A stretch of 64,000 nucleotides of DNA from Antedon mediterranea (taxonomy: Eukaryota; Animalia; Echinodermata): assembly GCF_964355755.1 (NCBI RefSeq), contig NC_092677.1:16514101-16578100 (forward strand), written 5' to 3'. Positions within the stretch are counted from its first letter, which is position 1. The number at the start of each line of letters is the position of its first letter. Under the pieces are notes generated by a model. It ran no database searches. It was not told the DNA's origin and saw only the letters and a list, made by a program, of their open reading frames with translations. The position numbers and the translations under genes were made by a program. Below are positions 24,759 through 37,200 of this stretch, piece after piece.

Positions 24759-27700
24759 ATGTCAAGAAGAAGGTATGCTATAGTTGTATTATTATTTTGT
24801 ACACGTACATTCAGTATTTGGAAAGTGTGCATGAAAAAAATAGGAAACCCAAAAAGGTTGAAAACTTAAAAATTTACCTTAAAAAAAATGGCCTAAAAAG
24901 TACCCATTAAAGAAAATAACATCTTGGTATACAACTTTATAACTTCCCCTATCTCTCCCTCCCCTATTCCTTTCTCATACAGTATCTGTGAAACCAGTAT
25001 ATGTAATTGATAAGTAAATTTCTAGGCTCATTTTTATTTTAGTGGAAGATTGCAAGCAAAGCAGAGGGTAGTGCAAGCTCCCTGTACCATCACAGAAGAA
25101 GACTTTAAGATCTGCACTAGAAAGCGCAAGGCTAAAGACATGATTGGAGAGGTGAGATATACTAATAATTAGTTGGTATGCCTTATTACTTGAAGTCTGT
25201 TTTTTGCTTAGACTAGCCAAATCTAAATTTATACCACCCAAATGTTTTATAAGATTTAGTGTCAGCTTAGGACCAGGACCAGTCAGCTTGGTGTATTCTT
25301 GTGCGCTCATCCCATGAAACCGCTTTACAAATTTCTAATGCTGACCTTATCCAACACCCACAAAATTACTTTATTTGATTGTTAGGCAAATTTTATTCAC
25401 AAGTTTAATGATTTAATTTTGTTTTAAGGCGGATATCAGAAGTATGGAAATTCAGAAGAGAAGACAGCAATTTCAAATACAGGTATAAATAATATTTTGT
25501 TTGTAATATCAACTTCCATAATTTACTTATTGTTCAAGCACTAACCTGCCCTTTGACATCGGGTTACAAAACGGTCAATCACCAGATCATACTACAGGTA
25601 GAACACCTATTAAAAGCTTGGTTCCAACTAGGTCGAAATGCAAATATGCTAGCGCAATTCAAATAAATTGACCAATCACTTTGGCTTATCTGAACTGCAT
25701 TTGCATTGCGGTTACATTGGCGCATTGCGTCCAAGTGGGAATTAAGCTTTAGGGAATACCTACAAAACCCAACAAAGTGTACCTTAATAGGGGTTTTCCT
25801 TAAATAGGAGTTTGTAATTATGTTGCACCTTGTTTTATTCGCTTCAAAAGAGGGTTCATACTGTAGTGTACTGTATATTAATCATTTAATTAATTTTTCA
25901 TTAGACTTGCTGGATCCCAATCTCCGAGACAACTGGTGTACCAACTAGTACAATCATCCCTGCGCAGTTTAACCCTAACCCACCTACAACACCGGAGTTT
26001 TGTGAGAAGAGCTCGATATTTCGTTTCAAGAACCTCTTCCCGACCCCATCTACGCTTAGGTCATCACCATTACCAACGTTAAACTGGGCGGATCATCAAG
26101 ATGTGTGGCGGTTCATGCTCGAGCAGGAAAACTCATACATGAATAAATGCGACGGGAACTACCTACATAAACACCCTAATCTAGAAACTCGTATGCGAGC
26201 TATATTATTAGATTGGTTAATAGAGGTATGACCATCGTTTGTCTGAATATTATTGAAATTATTAGAAATACAACTTCTCATTTTAAACAATTGCATAATA
26301 TTTTTGTTGGATTTTAAATTATTACATTTCGAATTAATCATGTTCAACATCAAGCCATCTGAAGTCAGGGAGGCATGCAATCAAGGGGATCCTAAATTTT
26401 GAAATTTGCTGTGCAAAAGATAGTACATTAGGTTAAGTTCTAGGCCCCACTATTTCAAAACAAAAGACACACATTTGGCACTGGGATATTTAGGCCTTAC
26501 TATAACTTAGCCTATAGAGGCATTTGTTAGTCATTGTATGCTGAACTATGGCAAACATGTACCCAAAATACAGTACCTCCACACATTTATTCCTGTTATT
26601 ATTTTCCTATATTCATCTATAGGTTAGTGAAGTTTACAAATTACACAGGGAAACCTATTACCTAGCTATGGACTTTATTGATAGGTTTTTATCGGTTAAG
26701 ACTAATATTCCAAAGAATAAACTGCAACTTATAGGAATCACAGCATTATTTGTTGCTGCCAAATTAGAGGTAAGATTTTCAATTTATATAGTCTTTACAC
26801 ACACTCGTTATCGAGCAGTCAAGCTTGAAAAACATCCAGATATGTTTTAGCTGGCTTTGCTTAAAAATATAACCTTCCATCTTTCACCTAATAAATTTAT
26901 TTACCACATTGCACATTCATTATTTGTATACCATTACACCATACACTCTCTCAAGAATCAGCTAACATTCTTCAGTAAATGAACGTGTGTGAACTGATAT
27001 TATGTTTCTATTATTGCAGGAAATCTATCCACCAAAACTTACAGAATTTGCGTATGTAACTGATGGTGCTTGTACAGATTCTGAAATACTAGACCAAGAA
27101 CTTGTAATGTTAAAGGTAAAGGGCTTGCATACTATTCTCTAACAGGTTTCTCCAATTAAAGACAGTTGTTCAGACCATGTGGGTCTGTTCTCTACATTCA
27201 GTATATTGTTCTGTACTACTATTTTTTTGCCCCATTAAAAACCCAGATCCAGTTCCTTACATTATATCTCATTTAATAACAGATGTAGGTAAAGACAATA
27301 AAGGCTCCTTCACGCTCTGCTATTTACCCTTGTTGGTTCCTACCCACCAAAGTTAGTGATGACCCACCCATGAAACCAACTTACCCTGCTAGTAACTAAG
27401 CCCCAACAGGGCCTAAAGAGAGCTTGGTAAGGGCCTAGGATCTACGTCTTTTGAATCCCACAAAATATTTCAAAGAATGAAGTAAGGAAGCCTGTCCCCA
27501 CATGTGCACAATGAATTAGCATGGAGGAAAAATAGGCTTTCAGCTAAACTAGACAAATAATGATGTATTTTTTATCATATAATTTGTATCTTCATTACAG
27601 GCCTTAAACTGGGAGTTAACTCCAGTTACAGCCAATGCCTGGCTGAACACTTATCTTCAATTGTGCAATGTAGATGAAATTATTCAAAATAATTCCAACT

Positions 27701-30700
27701 TTGTCTTCCCAAATTACTCACAAGCAGCATTTGTAGAAATAGCCCAAGTAAGTATTGTTTTCATTGTGTTCTGTTCTGTACACCTCATTACAATAATACA
27801 TTGATTTTTTGTTTGTGTTTTGTAGGAGTATAGTAAGTAACTGTTGTCATGTACCTTTACATGTGTTATTTGTTGTTGTTTGGTTTTATGGTTATATTTG
27901 ACCGCACCATAGTTTTTGCATGTCAAATTGAACCAAAATAAACCACATCAAACCCCAATGAACCAGAGTCAGAGTGTAATTCATTTTTGATTTTGTGAAT
28001 GCCACTGTTTTAAAGTTGTTCAAATAAACAGAGCATGGGCATGTGTATGCATTTCTGAAATAAGAAAGTTTTTTGTAGTCATATAAGCTATGGAGGTTTT
28101 TTATACCTCCATGCATAAGCTATCACAATATTATTTTATGACTGCAATGCGTTACAGTTTTCACAGAAGTTACTGTATCCTTATTGTTTTGAAGGGCACA
28201 CTCTGATGTATTTTCTATTCTTTTATTATTAGTAATAGTTGTTCATATTCTTGTATTGTATTTAATATGAGAAAAACACATGTATTAGCGTTGTGTTTCA
28301 CATATTATATTAAATATTTTCCAGCAATTATTGTTTTATCTTTCATTTTTCATTTATCTTTATATAGTTAATTGATTTATGTACCTTGGATATTAGTTCA
28401 CTGCAATTTCATAATAGTACAATAGCAGCTTCAGCATTCTATCATCTGTCTTCCGAGCAGCTTACCTACCAAGTCACAAGTAAGCCATAATTCTTGGGCC
28501 TAGCCTAACGTTATTTCAATGCCTTCCTTCCATATTCGTTAATTCTCATCTACAGGTTGCATCCACCCCACAAAACCACTACTGCAGTAAGTAGGATCAT
28601 GTTAATCCCAAATGATGGTTATTAGTCTTGTGTGTAATTCCTTATCTTCCAGCCAGTACAGAATTATTTATTAATGATTAGTGAATTTCTAGATAAATTG
28701 ATTAGGCATTTCCTTTGCAAAACACAAAAGGACTCACAATGTTCACCCTGTAATCAATATTATCACTGATCTTTAAACCACAGACTTCCTTCGCATTTTA
28801 AATGTTGCCTAATCTGATAATCTTTTGTAGGTCTTCAGTGGGACGACATAGCTACGTGCGTGCAATGGATGACAAGCTTTGCAATGACAATACGTGAAGC
28901 TGGCCAAGCAAAATTAAAAATGTTCCCGAACATCACAAACGATGATTCGCACAACATTCAAACTCATGTTAATGATTTAGCTTTGCTGGTAAGTTTACTT
29001 GTGTAGATAAAGATACACAGAAACATTATTTACCAACAAAGTATTCTACCTCAGAAATACTTTATATTTAGACATTAATCATTTTATTTTAAAAAAAATA
29101 TATTTATACAGGATAAAAAAAAATACTGTATGATGCATAGCTATTGCACTTGTTTACATATGGTCTTGTTTTCTGAAAACTAAAACAGTAAAAATCGCTA
29201 TACTAACAAAAAATAAAAATATTTACAATGTTACTATTTAAAATATATACAAGAACATATTCATATTAATCAACACCATCTAACAATTTCCACAAAACAA
29301 TATTAAGTAAAGAAAAAGGTGTGTTATAGTAACACACTTAAAGGGAAAATAAAATTGACCTTGCTTTGTTTATTAACAATGTTAGTTTCCACTTTCTAAA
29401 GCTTTAGTACATGTTGGCAACAAATACCCTCACTAACAAATTGTTGATGCAATGATGTCTTTGTTGTGTAATCTTCACACCCTATTGTTATTGTCTCACT
29501 ATTATAATCCATAGACCCTTCAAAGTAAAAAACATGTCCTTGTTGCTTAATCCAGCAATTGATTTTTCCATGTATGTGTTGAGGGTACCTAATTTGTTGA
29601 TGGTGTAGGTGTGCTGGGTGTTAGGTGGGTGGAACCAACCATTACCGTTTATTTCATCCAGGTTATTTTGAGATCTTCCAGCCATCTTAATTTGGCATAG
29701 CGTCCCACCAAAAACTAAAAAATAATTAATTTTAATATTAGCTATTTTTTGTCCAAAAAAGTGGTCATATTCAGTAAAAAAAATTCTATTGAAATTGCAT
29801 GTTAAAATTAAGCATGTAAGGTCAGAATAGCTATTATTATTGTGAGGGCGTGTGGCGCAGTGTGTTGGACGTTGGACTACTGATCGCGAGACCGAGGTTC
29901 GAATCCAACTCTCGCCGCATTGCTTGTATCTGTAGGCAAGATACTTTACTTACGTTTGCCTCTCTCCACCCAGGTGTATGAATGGGTACCCGGTTAGATC
30001 AAGACACAACTTTGCGCTGATTACATGTTTGATCCAAAAAAAATGACTGGGGTAATAATGTTCAGCGCTTAGAGGTTTCCTTACATTAGGCGCTATATAA
30101 ATCCAGGATATTATTATTATTATTATTAGTAAACATAAATCCTGGTTGCTTTATAGTTATACTGTTTTCTAATGTATTCCATATTTGAAAAAAAAAAGCA
30201 TCATTTCATCCATATTACATATTTTAAATGAATTTCAAATTTGCCTCAATACATTAGTGTCGGCTATAAATACATCTCAAGCTGTTTGTGTTGCTGAAAT
30301 ACCAATCTACACAACAAAAGCATATCATACAAATGAATGTTTATGAGTAATAAAATGGAACGAATAATTTTATGATCTGAAAGATGAAAATATAAACAAT
30401 TTTCATCTTTCTCATTAATAAATATAAAACATTTGTTTCATTGTCACACCTAAATTAATGGAAGGCTAAGGCCTAAGCCATTCATAAGGCAGGGCTCCAA
30501 TTTTGGACGCAGAATAAATTAATTATAGACGCATGAAACTACAGGTTCCTTGTGTGTGATCAGTAAACAACAGCCTAGCATTTTTTCGCTCATACACTTA
30601 CTGTGTAAAAAAAATGAAATCCCAAAACGAAATTGCAGTACTCTTTGGTATATAACAAACTTTCAAAAGTGCTACAGTACATATATTTAAAAAAAAAAAA

Positions 30701-30934
30701 TGAATAAACATATCATTGCAGGATGTTGTACACAACTATATCCTTGTATATTTTCTTGTCCTGCCTAACAAAAACAGAAATCATTTTTTTCCAATATCTT
30801 TTGTTTTGTAGGATAAAGCCCAAGATGTAGCGAAAGATACACATAACTTATTGAACAACAATAGTCCAGTATTCATGCAAGGCATCCTAACACCACCACA
30901 AAGTAGTAAGAAAAGGCACGAGCAGTGTTTATGA
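24759..30934 (+). CDS. CCNE: G1/S-specific cyclin E (about 426 aa)
   Basis: Exons 24759-24772, 25043-25151, 25429-25482, 25905-26225, 26623-26769, 27020-27115, 27601-27747, 28368-28479, 28831-28988, 30812-30934. N-terminus [12 protein letters not shown], cyclin box [47 protein letters not shown], and C-terminal Fbw7 degron ILTPPQS. Confidence 0.96.
25615..25749. mobile_element. MITE family B copy nested in an older TA-flanked element
   Basis: AGCTTGGTTCCAACTAGG...CCAAGTGGGAATTAAGCT lies inside TACAGGTAGAACACC...GAGGGTTCATACTGTA (about 25594-25865). Confidence 0.6.
29845..30128 (+). mobile_element. tRNA-derived SINE with CORE-like body and L2-type tail
   Basis: Box A TGGCGCAGTG, box B GGTTCGAATCC, body GGCAAGATACTT...TGCCTCTCTCCACCCAGGTGTATGAATGGGTACC, and tail AGCGCTTAGAG...GCGCTATATAAAT...(TAT)n. 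Confidence 0.85.
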
Positions 30935-31194
30935 TGATGATGGATTGATGCGCTCATGCATGAAGTTTAGTCTTTGTAGATGTGACAAGATTCAGTTTTT
31001 GTTCTTTATTTTGTAAATTGTGATTGTAGGATTTGAAGTCACTATAACATAATGACATGTCATACAGTACTATATATGACAATGTCCAAATGCGAGATTA
31101 CAAGCATGCGTTGCTCACATGATTCAGAGTTGCAATATTTGCCACACGATAGAATAGATAAAAGATAAAGCAATTTTGTGTATTCGAATCATAC

Positions 31195-31500
31195 CTGATG
31201 AAAATCAAAGAAAAGCTGTACAACTTGGATGTGAACAGTACTTGAGGATGAAAATCAAAGCAACAGCTTGGACGTGAGCCGTGCTTAGATTGAAATCAAC
31301 GGGAAAAAGCTTTACAACTTAGATGTGAATCGTGCTTGGATGGAAATCAAAGCAACAGCTGTACAGCTGGAACGTGAACCATACTTGAAGATGGAAATCA
31401 AAGCAACAGCTGTACAGGTTGGACATGAACCATATTTGAGGATGGAAATCAAAGTAGAAGTTGCAGAGCTTGGATGTGAACCGTGCTTGAGGATGTAAAT
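31195..31500. repeat. Degenerate tandem repeat of about 50 bp downstream of the cyclin E stop
   Basis: About six copies of GATG(A/G)AAATCAAAGCAACAGCTGTACA.CTTGGATGTGAACC.T.CTTGA. Confidence 0.8.
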
Positions 31501-31653
31501 ACAAGATACCATGAATTACATTGCAATTTTCTGACTACCAACAGATGTATAGTTCAAAGATAGACTTTGGCATCTCTAATTGACTCAACCTTGTCGGTAG
31601 ATGATGATGATTTTGCATTTCCAGGCATATCTTCATTGAGATCAGTACAACTG

Positions 31654-31745
31654 ATGACAATTTGGTCACAAGGAATGACAATTTGGTCACAAGCAATGAC
31701 AATTTGGTTGCAAGCAATGACAATTTGGTCGCAAGCAATGACAAT
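31654..31745. repeat. 21-bp tandem repeat
   Basis: ATGACAATTTGGTCACAAGCA about four times. Confidence 0.85.
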
Positions 31746-34253
31746 GGCTACAAATATTGACAATATGATAAAGTAAAGTAATGAGAATTTGGTTACAGAC
31801 AATGACAATTTTGATTGATAAAAATGCACTAAACATCAAGCAGTACTGTGGGTATTTTGTAAAACTTCAAATTCCAAGAAAGTGCGGTGAACTGGCAAAC
31901 AGATGACTAGCATGTGTCAATTCCTAAGATTCGTAAATAGCAACTCGATCAGTCCGTCCCAGATGAAACAATCAGTGGACATGCTATTTTATGTACCTAG
32001 ATGTATACATTCTTTTAGTGGTATTTGTTTATATATTGTATTAGTGAAAGTAACCGTCTGCCACTTGTATTTTTCTTTAGAAAATTATTTAATTGTATTA
32101 ATATATAAATATTTCTTATTATATACATGTACAGTAAAAAATAAACTAAACGGGTTATGTTTTATTTAAAATGTTGTATTTAAATTGAACTATTTTTGCA
32201 GTGTAGATAACCTTAGATCCATATCATTTCTGCCAAATATTTTTGTTTGGTTAATTCCCAACTGGGTGGTAGTAATTTGTACAAAAAATGTATGTTTAGC
32301 AATTTAAAGTGTTACCATAAAATATGTAAATAAACTTATTATTAAATGCTAACTATCATTTGAATGCTAAATTATGCAAATTGTTTAAAAATATGCAAAT
32401 TGTTTACAAATATGCAAATTGTTTTAAAATATGCAAATTATTTTGATATGGTTTGAATAAAACCATGTGGTATGGTTCAGTACTACATTTTATGAATATG
32501 ACATTTGTTTTAGCAAATTTTTAAAATGTCTTATACCACTCAGTTTACAATTAAATTAATTTTTTATTAAATGTAATTTTAGCTTTCATCAAATTCATAA
32601 CATTAAATATTCTGACGTTGTGTTCTTATAATTTGTAAGAGATATGTAATTCTTTCTGCTAATGGTAACATCTTAAATATGAATGCTTTTGTGTGTTTAA
32701 CTATTTATTAATATTCAGAATTAATTGTACTTAACATAAAAGGTGCTGAATGGTGATTAATTTTGCATTCATAAGCATTATATTAACGTACAGTAGTAAC
32801 ATTCAGTTAATTATACAGTAAAGTCATTTCCATAATATTGTGTTTTATAGTTCAATGAAATACAAAACACAACATTGTTTTATATGTAACCTCATTTTTT
32901 AATTGAAGTGATTTTTATACTGTATTTTTTTAAATTTAGAAAATATTTTTTAATGTAGTATTAAAAAAGGGGAACAATCAAATTTTAACTATTTAATAGT
33001 TTATTTTTTACAAAATTGTCTTTGAATGAATTTTGATGTACTGAGTGTGTGATTTTTTAAGTAAGTGGTAACCAGCCCCGGCAGTTGAGAATTTGTCAAT
33101 AAAGTTTTTACGAAATAAAGTATGTTTTCTTTGCGTTTTTCTTTCTGACATAATATTTATACATTTTAATTTATTTCCTAGTGTCTTATAGCACATTCTA
33201 TTAATGTATTAGTGGTATAGTGTAATAACACTACAGCAGAACTCCTATTAAAGAAGACATCTTCTTAATGTCTCTCATTGTTGTGCTATGTCAACATAAT
33301 GTCAATGACGGCGAAATGTCCCCAATAATGGGGATAGCTTTGCAAACAAGTAACAACAGAGATCATTTTGATCTCGACTAAAAGTACCACAGACAATATT
33401 GTAACTCAATCTGTTCAATTACACAAGTATAGCTCTGTCTGCACATCACATTTTTGATAGTGAAGACAGATCTAAACATACATTTGAATGGCATGGAAAC
33501 AGAACAGTGATATACTGCTGATGGTGAGGAAATCTGTGAATGAGGTAAAGCTGCCCCAACTGTCAATCGATCTGGAATCTTCTGCTTGCTAGGCAGACAT
33601 TTCATCTTGTAGTTCAGGATTATTGTGAGATTCGAGCCTTACAAATGGTGAATCAGTGGCCATCCACTTGCCAATATCGATGTTATTTGTTTGCATCCCA
33701 GTGGTGCAAAAGTTGAATATGTTTAATAACTTGGAAGAGTTTAACAAACAATTTACAGTATTTGTTATACGGGGGCGTTTATTCAAATAAATACAGTATC
33801 TATATATCTCTGAACTAGGATACTGTAGTGTTCCACTGTTTGGTGTTTTAGTGATATAATGTGAAATGGGTAATGACTTATTATGAGCAGTAGTTGTTAG
33901 TATTGTACATTTTTTAATGAAATAGTTGTTGAAAAATAACAAGCAGAAACATATACGATATAAAATATTTATTTAATCATGTCATGATTTGTTGTTACAA
34001 AAATAACATAATAATATTGTTTTGAAAAGGACTGTTTAATAATTGTATTTCTTGTCTGGGGTTTCGTCAGTACATATAAGCAATCAAAGACATGCTCATA
34101 TCAAGGAGAACTTGACTGAACACCACCGCATGAAACTTAGTTCCTGTCTACACCATTTGCTGTGATCACCACAATTATTCTGTCCTCACCCTCTGATTTA
34201 TGTGTGATACATGGTATGATTTTTACTGCACTCTCATTGCTAGCTGACTGATG

Positions 34254-37200
34254 CTATCGCTTCCCTTGGCGTGCTGCTTTAAATTTGGAAACCCTCTTCT
34301 GAGGTTGATCAGTCGAGTCTTGTGCCGTCATATTTTTAGTTTCTGGTTTTCGTTCAACTACAGATCCGGTAAAAACCTATATAGATGGGAATATATTTAC
34401 TGTATTACAATTGAAATACCTTAAAGATGTATTGTCCCCCAAAATCATGAAAAATAAAGATTTTTAAAATCGGACTTTGAATAGGTCATTTTGCAGTTTT
34501 AATGAAGTTGTTCACTTCCATAAGAAAAAAAACGGGGGAAAAAATTATTTCACCTATAAAAATACAAAATAAACAGTTAAATTACCCAAAAACTCGTTGT
34601 CTTCCAGACAATTTGACCATTTTTTGCTTGAAATTACATTTTTCTCAGGTAAATAAATTTTTTTCAGACCCAATTTTTTGTGAGAGTGAATAACTATTAT
34701 GTGACATTAAAATAACATATTCAACAAAAAAATTAAATCTTGAATAGAACCACAATGTAAACATTTTTGACAATAACACTACCGATTATAAAAGAAACAA
34801 TAAAAAGAGAGCACAATAAAAAGAGAGCGTTATTAAAAGCAATTTACCGAAGTTGGAGCTGGCTTTGGTTGTCTTGGAGGAGACTCTTTTACATCCTCTT
34901 TAGTCTCCAGTTTTCCATAACTGCTCTGTTTCTTTAAGATTGACTTCACTGCACCAGAAGACTTTCCTTTATCTGGAGAGGACTGGACAAGCTTGTAAAT
35001 ATCTCGTGGTGACTGTATCATTTCCGATTCAGATGTTTCTGGAATCTGAAATTTTAATTTTCTGTCTTAATTATCACACATTTAGGGTTTACATATTATT
35101 TTTTTCTCTTTTTCTGAAAATGCTTTTTTCCGGGATGTTTTAGTGTTTCTTGAATTTATTATTTTACACCGTATCATACTATATGACACAAACTAGACAG
35201 AAATCGTGCGGATCAAAGTGACGAGTTCATATCTAGTAACATTTTTAATGTTTGCATGTTTATGTCTTGTCATATTGTATTTTTGTGAGGGTCTATAATG
35301 ATCAGCTTCGGCTGATGGACCACCCTCATAAAAAAAAACGTACCTCTGTTTTAGATGAACTGCTGTGTTGAAATGTAATCTTGTTTACTGAATTGTCAGA
35401 CTTATCTTTCCACTGAACAGATTTATTTTTGGTTCCATAAGCAGGATTGTCACTCTCCTCATCTTCATCATCTGAATCAGAATCATCGTCATCCATCTCA
35501 TTTTCATCAAAATCAGACATCCTAAAACAGGTAAAACATTTATATTGTGTATTGTCAATGCAGTCTACAGGGATTGTGTGGAACAAAACACCAATACAAC
35601 TCCTACTCATCACATATTATAGGATGTACTTGGTCTGAACTAGACTTGCCACTGTCTGTCTGTCTGTCTGTAGATATTGTCTTTTTTATGTTAGTACACC
35701 AGTCTGTGTTTCTGATGAAAAGCCATGTGTGCCAAAATATTTATCCTTTTCCCAGACGAAATACAGTGTAGAATCTATAAACCAAGTTTGAAATTACAGG
35801 TATGGTTATAATTATTTTATAACTCCCTGGTTTTACAATAGTCAGGTATCCTTCAATTTGTAATAAAATGATATTGACTAACATTGCCAGTTCATCAAAT
35901 TCCTCTTCTTGTTTCTCTAAGGCATCAAGTCTGGCCAACAAGGCTGCTTCCATCTCCTCCATTCTCTTCTGTTTTCTTGTTTTCTCTTCTTCATCTGAAT
36001 TTTGTTCCTTGCCTTTATTTGGTTTTTCTGTAAGACAGATTTAATCAGTTGCATTTACATTGACTGTTTTTTAACACAGTAAAAAACACACAATTTTAGG
36101 TGGATAAAAAAGAAGAATCAGTTCTCGATCATTGGATCATGTTCCTGATATTAAAGTCATTCTTCCAGGTCCATATTGAAAAAAACATCCTGAAAATGTA
36201 TTACTTAGGCTCTATTTCTAAAGCCCTATCTCTGTCTGTCTGTGTTTATTCAAAGACTAGGTGTTGCATGGTCTTCAAACTTGGTGTGTAGGTGCAGCTC
36301 GGTATAAGAAAGAATGAGCTTGTGTTCGTCAGGTCGTCAAGGTGAAAGGTCAACTTTTAAATTTACAATCCAATCATTTTGCAGAAATTTAATGATTCTT
36401 ACATTTTTTGATACCCTTCGGTTAACGTTTTTCATTGACGCTATTTTCCAGAAATAAGGTTCTCGACGCACGTAACTAAAGTTTTTCGTATTTTGATTGC
36501 GCATGCGAAGATTGATTTGTTTACAAAATGGGTGGAGCTTCCAAGTTGCATGTTGGGAAATAGTGCTAAAGTTAAGGTTTACATGCTCCTGTGAAAACTC
36601 CCAAATGTGTTTGATTTATTTACTCACCATCAGTTTTACTTGTTTCTGCTGGTGATTGTTGTTTTTCAGATTTTCTTCTTTCAGCTGTTAAATTAGGTTT
36701 TGTAGCAATTTGCTTTTTTTTTCTTTCCTCTGAAACATAAAATAATAATATTTACAAATATACATAACACAGTAAGTAAGTAAGTATAGTAAGTACAGTA
36801 TCTTCCTTTTGTTTACTACAGTATAGTTTTAAATTTGCCAAAGTTCCCATCGAGCATCATGATCATTCCATATGGTTTACATTCATGGGTTTGTGAAGTT
36901 TAGAGATAACATGTTATAAGATGACAAATCCTAAGAACCTCTCCATTTGGCTTCTTTCTCTTCATCATACTCTTCCCTGATGTCCACAAGACCACTCATA
37001 TTAGATGACTCGGCCTTAAAATCAGCTGTGAAGCCTAGTCTGGCTTCCAGTAACTCTTTCTGTTTCTGAAGGTCTTTTATCACCTTTTGAACATCTAGAA
37101 AAGAAAAGTAATATGTACAGTATGTATTTTTGTAATGTATTATTTTATCTCACTCAGAATCTTCTTTATGTTTGGATGATCTTAAGTCATGTGACCAAGG

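Noticed and set aside
29845-29920. Possible tRNA gene (also the tRNA-like head near 8200-8270)
   Set aside because: The A and B boxes run straight into SINE body and tail sequence, with no convincing cloverleaf or terminator.
30935-33200. Cytoplasmic polyadenylation elements in the cyclin E 3' region
   Set aside because: TTTTAT-type words are expected by chance at this AT content.
33378-33942. GC-richer stretch with two short minus-strand ORFs between cyclin E and URI1
   Set aside because: No recognisable protein motif or consistent splice structure. It may be UTR or decayed sequence and cannot be supported as a gene.
35046-35113. Alternative upstream acceptor for URI1 exon 8
   Set aside because: It introduces an in-frame TAA. 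The acceptor at 35047-35046 keeps the frame.
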